Positions 29,018-37,860 of a stretch of 64,000 nucleotides of DNA are shown here, in pieces (within the stretch, counting starts at the first letter, position 1; every line of letters begins with the position of its first letter). The stretch lies in the IMG/VR virus record IMGVR_UViG_3300027770_000035; one strand, 5' to 3'. The position numbers were made by a program, and so were the translations under genes. The notes beneath the pieces are model-generated. The model was given only the letters and a program-made list of their open reading frames with translations, was not told where the DNA came from and searched no databases. The DNA comes from an uncultured virus (IMG/VR IMGVR_UViG_3300027770_000035) (taxonomy: Duplodnaviria > Heunggongvirae > Uroviricota > Caudoviricetes).

Positions 29018-29548
29018 ATGACACTCAGTGACTTGAAAGTACTCTACCCCAAAGCCACCGAAGAAACCTGGCACCAGCATTCATATGGATCCGGATGGGT
29101 CCAGAACACAGCGACCGTGGCCAACACAGCTTGGGTTGGACCTGATGCCCAGGTCCGGGATAATGCCTGGGTCTCGGGTACGGCCAGGGTCTTGGGTAAT
29201 GCCGTGGTCTCTGGTAATGCCGTGGTCTCTGGTAATGCCCAGGTATTTGGTAATGCCAGGGTCTCTGGTGCGGCCTGGGTCTCGGATAATGCCTGGGTCT
29301 GGGGTGCGGCCCAGGTATTTGGTAATGCCAGGGTCTCGGGTGATGCCATTGTCTCTGGTAATGCCGTGGTCTCTGGTGCGGCCTGGGTCTCGGATAATGC
29401 CTGGGTCTGGGGTGCGGCCCAGGTCTCGGGTGCGGCCAGGGTCTCGGGTAATGCCAGGGTCTCTGGTAATGCCAGGGTCTCGGGTCATGCCAGGGTCTCT
29501 GGTGCGGCCTGGGTCTCGGGTCATGCCATTGTCATTTGGAAGACATAG
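29018..29548 (+). CDS. Left-handed beta-helix hexapeptide-repeat protein
   Basis: VSGNAx hexapeptide repeats encoded by 18-bp repeats. Confidence 0.85.
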   Translation: MTLSDLKVLYPKATEETWHQHSYGSGWVQNTATVANTAWVGPDAQVRDNAWVSGTARVLGNAVVSGNAVVSGNAQVFGNARVSGAAWVSDNAWVWGAAQVFGNARVSGDAIVSGNAVVSGAAWVSDNAWVWGAAQVSGAARVSGNARVSGNARVSGHARVSGAAWVSGHAIVIWKT

Positions 29549-29555
29549 AAAAGTT

Positions 29556-29789
29556 ATGAAACATATCATTGAACGATTGAAAGACGACTTCGAACGACGA
29601 AAGAATTATCGGCGTCTCTCCTACAACGAGAGACGAATCAAGGATGCTGAGGTGGAAATGTTTCACTCCTATGCTCGGTGGCAGTCTCTTATTGCGGCAA
29701 ATGATGCGTCCATCAAAGCCAAGGAAGAGATCGCCGGATTGGTCCAGGACACCTATACTAAATTTGGGATGACCAACTTCAATGGATAA
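29556..29789 (+). CDS. Hypothetical protein (77 aa)
   Basis: MKHIIERL...; follows the beta-helix gene. Confidence 0.6.
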   Translation: MKHIIERLKDDFERRKNYRRLSYNERRIKDAEVEMFHSYARWQSLIAANDASIKAKEEIAGLVQDTYTKFGMTNFNG

Positions 29790-29964
29790 TCAATTAATAA
29801 TTCTTATAATTTTCCTTAATACACTCCACTGTTACTGCTGGTATCGTGCAGGAAAATGTCGAGGAGAAACTGAAATGATGAAGAAGTTAGAGAAGGACAT
29901 TCTCTATGTCGATTCTCTGATGCGTGCGGCGGAGGAGAAAAGAGAATACCACGGTGCAGACTGA
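29782..29964 (+). CDS. Small protein with N-terminal TM
   Basis: LIILIIFL segment; overlaps both neighbours. Confidence 0.5.
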   Translation: MDNQLIILIIFLNTLHCYCWYRAGKCRGETEMMKKLEKDILYVDSLMRAAEEKREYHGAD

Positions 29965-30163
29965 TTATCATGATCTCCTTTATTACGAGTTCCTTATCGG
30001 TATGCGTATTGAGGAAGCATCAAAAGATCTCACAAACTGTAGGATTCCTTGGCGTATTACAGCAAGTGAGGGTTATCCGGCAATGCTTACCTGTGATTTC
30101 AATCCGGTTCGTGTCAATCTAGAAGTCAAAAATGGTATTGTGACACGGGTGAAGTTTGGATAA
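29954..30163 (+). CDS. Peptidase inhibitor I78/potato-I-like protein
   Basis: LIGM...A ... LTCDFNPVRVNLEV.NG.V..V.FG pattern; start uncertain (GTG). Confidence 0.65.
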   Translation: MQTDYHDLLYYEFLIGMRIEEASKDLTNCRIPWRITASEGYPAMLTCDFNPVRVNLEVKNGIVTRVKFG

Positions 30164-30170
30164 AAATTCC

Positions 30171-30199
30171 TTGACTTTTGTTTGGTAGTATAGTATAAT
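30171..30199 (+). promoter_or_regulatory. Sigma70-type promoter
   Basis: TTGACT-17-TATAAT. Confidence 0.8.
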
Positions 30200-30228
30200 A
30201 GTAATGTAGTTGATTGAAAGGATAAAAT

Positions 30229-30477
30229 ATGAATACATCAAAGGCAACTCGTAACACTCGTAATCGGACTCAGGCAGAAAAGGTATTCACCTATCTCAAT
30301 GGTGGCGATGGTGATCGGACTCTGACTGCACGTCAGGCTCGGTCACGATTCCAGGTGAAGAATCTTCGAGCAGTCATCAGCGACATCCGGGATATGGGTG
30401 TTAATGTGGTGACTGAGATGCAGGAGACTCGTTCCAGCGATGCTCCTGTGGCTTTCTACTCTCTGGGTCTAGACTAA
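30229..30477 (+). CDS. Winged-helix DNA-binding protein
   Basis: TQAEKV..YL..LTARQARSRF...NLRAVISDIR..G. Confidence 0.7.
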   Translation: MNTSKATRNTRNRTQAEKVFTYLNGGDGDRTLTARQARSRFQVKNLRAVISDIRDMGVNVVTEMQETRSSDAPVAFYSLGLD

Positions 30478-30502
30478 CCGTCACACTTGGAAGGATACTT
30501 AT

Positions 30503-30868
30503 ATGGATAATGATACTGTTTGGAACGAAGAAAACACACTGTCTCCTCTTTCTCAGAAAGAGAATAAGTATCCTCCCGTGACGTTTGAATATAATGAAGA
30601 TCAGTTCCTGGATATTGCGAAATCCTATATTGCCTCAACCTATACCCAACACTATGTTGGAAACAAAGACGCAACTCAGGAAAAGCCAATTCAGGTAATT
30701 GATCTATTGATTAGTACTGGTCATGCAGAATCCTTCTTCCTTGCAAACGCCATTAAATACCTTGCCCGATATGGGAAGAAAGACGGCAAGAGCAAGAAGG
30801 ATCTACTGAAGACCATTCACTATGTTTGTCTGTTGTTGAATCTCAATCATAAAGAAGATACGAAATGA
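30503..30868 (+). CDS. DUF3310-like (T7 gp1.7-like) protein
   Basis: TY.QHY, IQVIDL, NAIKYLARYGKK.G, DLLK..HY. Confidence 0.8.
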   Translation: MDNDTVWNEENTLSPLSQKENKYPPVTFEYNEDQFLDIAKSYIASTYTQHYVGNKDATQEKPIQVIDLLISTGHAESFFLANAIKYLARYGKKDGKSKKDLLKTIHYVCLLLNLNHKEDTK

Positions 30869-31161
30869 AAGAAATGACTAATGAAGTAGATGTTCGAAAT
30901 GAAATTGTGAAATGCCTTCTGACTGGACCCACACTGGTTCTGTTTGAGAAGAAGGACGGCACAGTTAGGAAGATGATCTGCACTCTTCACCACAAGCTGA
31001 TTCCTGCAACCAAGGAAAAGTTGAATGATATGTCTCGGAACCCTGTGAGAAGTAATGCTGCAATCGCTGCATATGATCTGGAAAATGCAGGATGGCGGTC
31101 CTTTCTTGTGGACAAGGTTAACTTCTTTGAACCACTCAAACCGAATACTGCAACTGTATAA
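30865..31161 (+). CDS. WYL_2-like SH3 barrel protein
   Basis: F.KKDG.VR.M.CTL ... YDLE..GWRSF. Confidence 0.75.
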   Translation: MKEMTNEVDVRNEIVKCLLTGPTLVLFEKKDGTVRKMICTLHHKLIPATKEKLNDMSRNPVRSNAAIAAYDLENAGWRSFLVDKVNFFEPLKPNTATV

Positions 31162-31170
31162 AGGATAACT

Positions 31171-31470
31171 ATGGCTCGACGCTGGGAACGAACATCAGAG
31201 AAGTCTGTGCAAGTTGTAGAAACAGATAAGAAACAGTTGATCGAGGATTCAGAAGATATTGATCCTGAACTGTGTCAGACGTTTGCTATTAATGCATTGG
31301 AAAGTTTGTTTGCTTTTGATGATGTCGTTGATGATTATGATTTCAACACCACGGTCTTTTGTTTATTCATCGAGTGCATTCATATTCTTTCTTCCTGCGA
31401 GTGGACAGCCGATGAACTGAAGACCGAAATCGATAATCATATTGACTGCAATGGAGAAGATGATGAGTAA
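31171..31470 (+). CDS. Acidic hypothetical protein
   Basis: AAGGA SD; D/E-rich 99 aa. Confidence 0.6.
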   Translation: MARRWERTSEKSVQVVETDKKQLIEDSEDIDPELCQTFAINALESLFAFDDVVDDYDFNTTVFCLFIECIHILSSCEWTADELKTEIDNHIDCNGEDDE

Positions 31471-31690
31471 AGTATATTGCTGTGAGTGTAAACATTTAAC
31501 TAAGACATACCAGTGTGCTCATCCTAACAACACTAAACTCAGTTCTTCTTGGTATAATTCTAAGATTGTGGTGGTTAATTCAGAAATGACTAAACCCCAT
31601 ATGAAGAATTTGCATAATAATTGTGACCTGTTCAAACAAAAATCGACGTGGCAATCACTCAAAGACTGGGTCGCCGAGAGTCTAGTTTGA
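31460..31690 (+). CDS. Small Cys-rich hypothetical protein
   Basis: CCECKH...CAHP...N...NCDLF; SD ggag. Confidence 0.55.
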   Translation: MMSKVYCCECKHLTKTYQCAHPNNTKLSSSWYNSKIVVVNSEMTKPHMKNLHNNCDLFKQKSTWQSLKDWVAESLV

Positions 31691-31935
31691 TACCTCAATA
31701 CTCTGGACCTGATCGAAGTGGCATCTGTGTTTGTGGACATTCGTGGGATCGCCACCATCGAATGATTGTTATGAACAAAGAATATATTGAGGAGACTCAG
31801 GAAGGATATGTGCTTGGTGAGTGTTGTTTCTACGGATTCAATGCGGCAGGAGGCTTGATGCCGGATGGCCATGGTGAATGGATTGAACATTGTTCTGGGT
31901 ATCGGGACGGAGGATTAAATGTTCATATTAGATGA
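31687..31935 (+). CDS. Small Cys/His-rich hypothetical protein
   Basis: CVCGH...HH, EC, HCSGY; TTG start overlapping previous stop (start uncertain). Confidence 0.5.
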   Translation: MIPQYSGPDRSGICVCGHSWDRHHRMIVMNKEYIEETQEGYVLGECCFYGFNAAGGLMPDGHGEWIEHCSGYRDGGLNVHIR

Positions 31936-32137
31936 GAAAAAAATAGCCACTATTATTAAATTTCTTGATCATCCTAAGTGTACGGATAAACTGAAAGTTA
32001 AATTAGAGAAACGATCTACAGACAAAGGAAAATGGAATCTTGCAAAAGGTTGGTTGGAAAATTGGGAAACTGAAACCAAACTAAAGAGAAAATTCAAATC
32101 CATGTTTGTTCGAGGTGGATTGATGTCTCCTAAATAG
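31919..32137 (+). CDS. Basic hypothetical protein
   Basis: GGAGG SD before ATG. Confidence 0.55.
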   Translation: MFILDEKKIATIIKFLDHPKCTDKLKVKLEKRSTDKGKWNLAKGWLENWETETKLKRKFKSMFVRGGLMSPK

Positions 32138-32141
32138 TATT

Positions 32142-32387
32142 GATAGTGTTGATACAATCTGACGACTGGACAAGACCTGGGGGCGGGACCCAGCATCTCC
32201 ACCAAACTTATGGGGATGACATAGTATCGATTGACTGAAATAGGTGCGAGTAGCTATCCGTGAAGTACTCACGTTAATCAGAACAAAACAATAACGGCCA
32301 AATCTAACAAGATGAAGTCATTTGCTGCTTCTGCCTAATAGGTAGAGCACATTGGGATTCCCCTCCTAGAAACAGAACAGGGACAAT
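32142..32387 (+). ncRNA. ssrA: Circularly permuted (two-piece) tmRNA
   Basis: Acceptor piece GACCTGGGGGCGGGACCCAGCATCTCCACCA ends at 32204, before GGGGATG at 32212; G3:U70 pair; tag frame 32297-32338 AKSNKMKSFAASA*; outer ends approximate. Confidence 0.85.
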
Positions 32388-32413
32388 AAAGACCCTCATA
32401 TGAGGGTCTTTTT
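32388..32413. terminator. Bidirectional terminator
   Basis: Palindrome AAAGACCCTCATATGAGGGTCTTT between convergent genes. Confidence 0.8.
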
Positions 32414-32433
32414 GTTTATCCCCTATGGATTGA

Positions 32434-32997
32434 TTATTTTTTCTTATATGGTCCCCGTTTCTTTCCTGTCATAGCTAGACTCACTTTTTTCCTATTTTCT
32501 TCGGAAGCCATAGGATTTCTAGGTCCCTTCTTAGAAGCAGAATTTCTAGCGTTCTGTTCTGGGGTGCGTTTCTTTCCTGTCTGAGCAGCAGACATCTTGG
32601 CAATGGTTTCTGGGGATAGTTTTAGTTTCTTTCCTGTCTTAGCAGCAGATATTTTGGCCTTGGTTTCTGGTGACTGGGGTCCAGATTTAAAAAATGTACC
32701 ATTGGCATGAGCCATATTGATATACATTGGATTGCGAGCGACAGTAAATGCTTCTTGGAATACTATTTCTCGTTCCATTGCTTCTTGTCGAGTCTCGTGT
32801 CTAGTCAGAATAATGGTCTTAAATAAGTCAGGATGATCAGATAATTCCTGTTTCCAGATCGATTGGTATTTGTTTGACGCAACTGATCCTCTATAACCTT
32901 TGGAGATATTGTCAACAGATGTAGATCCAATGTAGAAGGGAGGAAGTTTGTTTCCGGTGTAGATGGTGAGGTAGGTGCAATAAATAAGTTTAGGCAT
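32434..32997 (-). CDS. GIY-YIG homing endonuclease with NUMOD3-like repeats
   Basis: CTY...FYIGS, Y.GS, E.E, YIN; SPETKAKISAAKTGKK repeats. Confidence 0.85.
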   Translation of the reverse strand: MPKLIYCTYLTIYTGNKLPPFYIGSTSVDNISKGYRGSVASNKYQSIWKQELSDHPDLFKTIILTRHETRQEAMEREIVFQEAFTVARNPMYINMAHANGTFFKSGPQSPETKAKISAAKTGKKLKLSPETIAKMSAAQTGKKRTPEQNARNSASKKGPRNPMASEENRKKVSLAMTGKKRGPYKKK

Positions 32998-33123
32998 ATG
33001 CTAACGTTCCTTAGTATGTGTTTAGAGGGTGGGTAGTGTTGATGCACTTCCACTCTCACTTCTTATTTAGTAAAATTGAATTTTCATCCTCACCTAAATA
33101 TTGGTGAAGGAGGGATTTTCAAC

Positions 33124-34161
33124 ATGCGTCTGAATCTAACAGAGTTAAATGGTGAAGCAGCAGTACTAAATAAATTTCTCCGGGACCGAATCGTGTCTCA
33201 GGACGAGGCCGTCAAGGAAGTCTGTATTGGATTCCAAAAGGCATTCTCCGATTTGTGTCCTGAAGAGAGACCGCTCGGCATCTTCTTCTTTGCCGGACCC
33301 ACAGGTACTGGTAAGACCAAGATTGTATATGACATTGCCAAATATTTTGACACCAAACCATTGGTTGTAAATTGCGGAGAGTTCCAGTCATCCTATGACA
33401 TCTCCAAACTAGTGGGGTCTCCTCCCGGATATATTGGCCACACCGAAACCAAACCTGTGTTCTCTCGTGAACGAGTACAGTTGAAGGGTAAGCCCACCAT
33501 CATTCTATTGGATGAAATTGAGAAGGCGTCCTCGGCATTCTTCAACATCATGCTGGGGATCTTTGACAAGGGAACTTTGTCCATCGGTGACAATACTGAT
33601 GTGGACTTCTCCACCTCATTCATATTCATGACATCAAATATTGGTATCAATAATATTGAGGATAAGACTGCCAAGTTTGGTTTCCATGAGATGACATTGG
33701 GAAAGAATCAGAAGGACACTGCCATCCGGGCATCGATGAAGAAGAAATTCTCTCCTGAATTTCTGAATCGTCTCGACAAGACAATCGTATTCAGTAATCT
33801 GACCAAGGAGGATTGTAAACAGATCCTGGAGTTGGAACTCTATGATATTCAGAAAAGAATGTCTAATTCTGATGAGAAGAAGATTATGTCTGTGATCAGT
33901 GAGACAGCAAAGGATAGATTGATTGAGGTGGGATACTCAGAGGAATATGGTGCGAGGTTCTTGAAGCGAGCACTGGAAAATCATGTGGTCAACCCATTAG
34001 CCAATGCTATATCACATCCAGATGTTCAGGAGAATGATATCATTTTTGTGGACTATGTTGACTCACAGTTTGTATTCGAGAAGAAAAAGAAAGCAATGAA
34101 GGCAGGGTCTACTCGGCTGGGATTCCAACTCGGGCAGACCCTTATCCCTAGACGAGCTTAG
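33124..34161 (+). CDS. Single-ring ClpA/ClpB-type AAA+ ATPase (NBD2 only)
   Basis: QDEAV, RPLG.F.FAGPTGTGKT, LVGSPPGYIG, LLDEIEKA, FSPEFLNRLD, YGAR.LKR. Confidence 0.9.
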   Translation: MRLNLTELNGEAAVLNKFLRDRIVSQDEAVKEVCIGFQKAFSDLCPEERPLGIFFFAGPTGTGKTKIVYDIAKYFDTKPLVVNCGEFQSSYDISKLVGSPPGYIGHTETKPVFSRERVQLKGKPTIILLDEIEKASSAFFNIMLGIFDKGTLSIGDNTDVDFSTSFIFMTSNIGINNIEDKTAKFGFHEMTLGKNQKDTAIRASMKKKFSPEFLNRLDKTIVFSNLTKEDCKQILELELYDIQKRMSNSDEKKIMSVISETAKDRLIEVGYSEEYGARFLKRALENHVVNPLANAISHPDVQENDIIFVDYVDSQFVFEKKKKAMKAGSTRLGFQLGQTLIPRRA

Positions 34162-35863
34162 AGAAACCATTGAGCTTGGTAAACTTCAAAGTATTTTGAA
34201 ATTTGTCGGCTACCTGATCCCCACGATGAGAAATAATAAACACATTAGTATTTTCAGAAATGGTGTTGAGGATTGAGATAAAATCTTCAATGCCATTTCC
34301 ATCCAATGATGAATCAAAGATCTCGTCCAGTATCAGTAGATTAGTTGATATAGAATTTTTGGCCTTGGCAATTTCTCTCCAGGCAAACAGGATGGCAAGA
34401 TCGATACGAAGCTTCTCTCCTTCTGAGAAGGATGCATAGGAGAAGGATTCTTTGTTGGCCTGTTTTATCACTTCGCCGAAATTCTCGTCTAATGTGTATG
34501 TGATATAGAAGTCCATCAGGTGCAAATACTTGTTGATGAGTTTGTTCATTGCAGGAAGATAGTGCTTGATGATCTTTGTCTTGATTCCATCATCCTTCAA
34601 CAGAATGGCAGCAATGGAATGTTGATGCTGATTCTCCAGCAGAGTATCTCGTTCATCAGTCAGCTTCAGATGATCACCTACCAAAGCCGAATACTCTTCC
34701 TTATTCTTCTTGATGTTATTCTGCTTCTCCTCTGTCAACTTCATATTGTCTTCGGAGATACGTTCAATATCCTTGGTCAGATAGTCAATATTGACCTCTA
34801 GATTTCTAATCTTGGTATTGGTCTCATTGATCTCATCAACCAGTTCCATATGACCTGCCAGATCATTCTTATAGTGCAAGATCTTGTCTGATAGATCGGC
34901 CAGAGCTTCTACATACTTATTGCTCTTATCAGTCTTATCAGAAATATTATTACTCTTGAACTCCTCATCAATATCTTGTTTACACGTTGGACAGCTGTCG
35001 TTGTTATTCAGGAATTCTACTTCCTTATTAATCAACTTATACTTTGTTGCTAGTGTGGTATGAAGAGTTTCTACTTCTCGGATCTTTGCCTTGGTCTTCT
35101 GAATGATCTGGTCATTAATAATGATGTCGGATATATCAGAGGACAGTTTCTTAATCTCCTGATTCCACTCCGTCAGCAATACATTCTTCTTATGCAGAGC
35201 AATATTATTATCATTGATCTTAGCATCATTACTCTGTTCAGAAGAACTGAGCAGGTGTTCTGCCATCCGAAGCTTCTCCTTGGATAGATCTACCTTATAT
35301 GAAGTACCATTGATCTGTTCCTTGGTCTCGACGATCCGAGTCTTGAGTAATCCATTCATCTTGGTGAATACATCGATGTCAAGAAAGTTCTCTACGATGG
35401 CCCGACGTTCATAAGGATTAAGTTTCATAAATGGTTGATAGGTTGCGTTACCAATCACCACGATCTGACAAAATGCCTTGTAGGTCATCCTCAGAATATT
35501 CTCTTCAAGATACTGCTGATAATCCTTGATGGCAGCATCCTGATGTATCATCTTAGAATTCTCATAGATCTCAAAGATGTTTGGTTTGATTCCTCGCACA
35601 ATCTTATACTTCTTATTGTTGAGAGAGAATTCAATCTCTACCATACAATCCCCGTTGTTGACACTGTTGATTAGCTGAGGTTTGTTGATCTTACGAAATG
35701 GTTTGTTGAATAGTCCATAGGTGATTGCATCAAGAATGGTGGATTTACCCGAACCATTCTTGCCTACAATCAGATTAGTCTTGTTCCCAGAAAGAGGGAT
35801 AGTCGTAAAGGTATTACCAGCAGAAAGAAAATTCTTATAACGAAGAGTCTCAAAAGTAATCAT
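34148..35863 (-). CDS. gp46: SbcC/Rad50-like recombination ATPase gp46
   Basis: KNFLSAGN, GKNGSGKST, CPTC hook, FSEGEK, LDEIFDSSLD. Confidence 0.95.
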   Translation of the reverse strand: MITFETLRYKNFLSAGNTFTTIPLSGNKTNLIVGKNGSGKSTILDAITYGLFNKPFRKINKPQLINSVNNGDCMVEIEFSLNNKKYKIVRGIKPNIFEIYENSKMIHQDAAIKDYQQYLEENILRMTYKAFCQIVVIGNATYQPFMKLNPYERRAIVENFLDIDVFTKMNGLLKTRIVETKEQINGTSYKVDLSKEKLRMAEHLLSSSEQSNDAKINDNNIALHKKNVLLTEWNQEIKKLSSDISDIIINDQIIQKTKAKIREVETLHTTLATKYKLINKEVEFLNNNDSCPTCKQDIDEEFKSNNISDKTDKSNKYVEALADLSDKILHYKNDLAGHMELVDEINETNTKIRNLEVNIDYLTKDIERISEDNMKLTEEKQNNIKKNKEEYSALVGDHLKLTDERDTLLENQHQHSIAAILLKDDGIKTKIIKHYLPAMNKLINKYLHLMDFYITYTLDENFGEVIKQANKESFSYASFSEGEKLRIDLAILFAWREIAKAKNSISTNLLILDEIFDSSLDGNGIEDFISILNTISENTNVFIISHRGDQVADKFQNTLKFTKLNGFSKLV

Positions 35864-35870
35864 AGATTAT

Positions 35871-36944
35871 TTATGCCTTTAGTGCTTCCATATACAGATT
35901 GCATAGCAGCTTCTGGATCTCGGCTTTCTTGTCTTCTGAATTAATGATATCAGAATAATCATTCAGAGAACTGTTGAGTAGTGATAGAGTATCCTCATCA
36001 AGAGTAATTCTTTCTTCTGATAAGAAGTCCTCATTCACATAGTCATCTACAATAGAAAGAGATGCAGGTTCAGCATCATTGATCTTGGCTAGATATCGAT
36101 CCAGCAGAACCGGATTGGTCTTACCCTTGATGTATACCTTTACGAAAGTGTTCTTGATCTTGGTTAGAGTATTCTTGGGAATACCCACATCCCGAAGATC
36201 CTTGGCTCCGGTATCATCATAATAGAACTTCCAGTACATCTTATAAGGATTCTCGATGAACTCCGTGGTATCCGTATCGGTATCATAGATATGGAATCCC
36301 TTGATATCATCGGCATCCGTAAACATAAGATCCCAGGGACAACCCAGATAATGAATGTTTCGAATAGAATGTTTGGAATGAAAGTGTCCGGTGAACACCG
36401 AAGAGAACTTCTCGAATAGATCCGGATTCATTCCATCCTGACAGATCGATCCCTTATGCATCTGGAATCCTGTTAGCGACAGATGTCCCATAACAACCTT
36501 ACACGAAGTGTTCTTGATTGCATCCAGAGTTCTTTGTTCATTCTCTGGTGTGATCCAAGGAAGATACAGAATCCCATTCAAAGCACCAGCCACATCAACT
36601 TCGGTTGGTTCAGAGACGATCCTGAGGTTATCATATTCTCTTAGAAGTAGATCAGGAGAATTGACATCATTGGTATTCTTGAAGTATGTATCGTGATTGC
36701 CAATGATCAGATCAATATTAAATCCCTTGGCTCGTGTCATAAATGTTCTGGCCCAGGTAAGTGTATTGAAGTTGACGTATTTCCTGCGATCCATCATATC
36801 TCCAAGATGGATGATGTTCTCAATCTTTCTTCGTTTCAGTTCAGGAAAGAATATATTGTCCAGGAACTTGTCAAAGTATTCAAGGAACAGTGGATTATCG
36901 TTACGAACTCCAAAGTGAGTATCAGTAATCAATGCAATTTTCAT
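35871..36944 (-). CDS. gp47: Mre11-like nuclease gp47
   Basis: ITDTHFG, LGD..DRRK, GNHD, GHFH. Confidence 0.95.
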   Translation of the reverse strand: MKIALITDTHFGVRNDNPLFLEYFDKFLDNIFFPELKRRKIENIIHLGDMMDRRKYVNFNTLTWARTFMTRAKGFNIDLIIGNHDTYFKNTNDVNSPDLLLREYDNLRIVSEPTEVDVAGALNGILYLPWITPENEQRTLDAIKNTSCKVVMGHLSLTGFQMHKGSICQDGMNPDLFEKFSSVFTGHFHSKHSIRNIHYLGCPWDLMFTDADDIKGFHIYDTDTDTTEFIENPYKMYWKFYYDDTGAKDLRDVGIPKNTLTKIKNTFVKVYIKGKTNPVLLDRYLAKINDAEPASLSIVDDYVNEDFLSEERITLDEDTLSLLNSSLNDYSDIINSEDKKAEIQKLLCNLYMEALKA

Positions 36945-36954
36945 GGTATTATAT

Positions 36955-37488
36955 TTACTCCATTAACAATTCAAGATTAATTTCAATTGGTTCTAGAAGT
37001 TTCTTTTTGCTGGCCATTCTCTCCTCGAACTTGGTGATGATAGATTGTGTGTTCTCGTTGATGATGGACTTCACCAGATCTACATGTTTCTTCTTTTCAT
37101 ACACATGATTGGTGAACAGTTCATGATGTTCAAAACTTTTGAATTTGATATAAGTTTGTTTTGATTCAAACTGGATCCTTCGCAGGAATGCAAAGAATAC
37201 AATCTGTGTGAAGTATGAGAATGGATTAGAGGAGATGCTGGGATCAAAGTTGTCCAGATAATGCAGACAATTCTCGATACCATCGGATACCATTTCTTCT
37301 TTGAATGAGTACCCAGAGAAGTTGGGACGACGAGCCAGTCCATTGGAAATATCCAGGATAACAGTACCGATGTCATCTGGGATAGGAGGGATGGGCGTTC
37401 CATTATCAATGGCCAATTGTTTCCGTATCTTGTATTCGTCTAATGATGCCAAAAACGTAACGTTGTCCACATAATGTTTTTTTGCCAT
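36955..37488 (-). CDS. gp55: Late sigma factor gp55
   Basis: HYVDN, RPNF.GY, EMVSDGIENC, NPFSYFTQI...AFLRRI. Confidence 0.95.
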   Translation of the reverse strand: MAKKHYVDNVTFLASLDEYKIRKQLAIDNGTPIPPIPDDIGTVILDISNGLARRPNFSGYSFKEEMVSDGIENCLHYLDNFDPSISSNPFSYFTQIVFFAFLRRIQFESKQTYIKFKSFEHHELFTNHVYEKKKHVDLVKSIINENTQSIITKFEERMASKKKLLEPIEINLELLME

Positions 37489-37536
37489 AGCACACCCCAA
37501 TACTATTATACCATATATATGAGAGAAAGTAAAGCT

Positions 37537-37860
37537 TTATTTTCTAGGAAAGTAAGAGGAAACAGCGTTGATTACCACAGTAATAAAGGTTGCAATGCCC
37601 ACAATAACCCAGGATACTCGCTCGACTTTCTCTACTCTTGATATCAGATCAGAAATAACCTTTGTGGTGTCGTCATGACTCTTCTCTATCATAGAGAACT
37701 TCTGTTCATGAAGAGATACAATCTTAGAGATATTATTGATCAGATCCTGGAGCTTATCATTGGTCTGATCCAACTTCGCAATGACCTTCTCGAACTGAGA
37801 GATGTCTCGTTTGAGGAGTTCGACTTCCAGAGCAAGGTTGTGGTTATTTTCTGGGTCCAT
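37537..37860 (-). CDS. Coiled-coil protein with C-terminal TM
   Basis: Heptad pattern then WVIVGIATFITVVI. Confidence 0.65.
   Translation of the reverse strand: MDPENNHNLALEVELLKRDISQFEKVIAKLDQTNDKLQDLINNISKIVSLHEQKFSMIEKSHDDTTKVISDLISRVEKVERVSWVIVGIATFITVVINAVSSYFPRK

Noticed and set aside
29044..29789. Overlapping ORFs in other frames of the beta-helix gene
   Set aside because: Stop-free frames result from the 18-bp repeat; only 29556-29789 is kept as a separate gene
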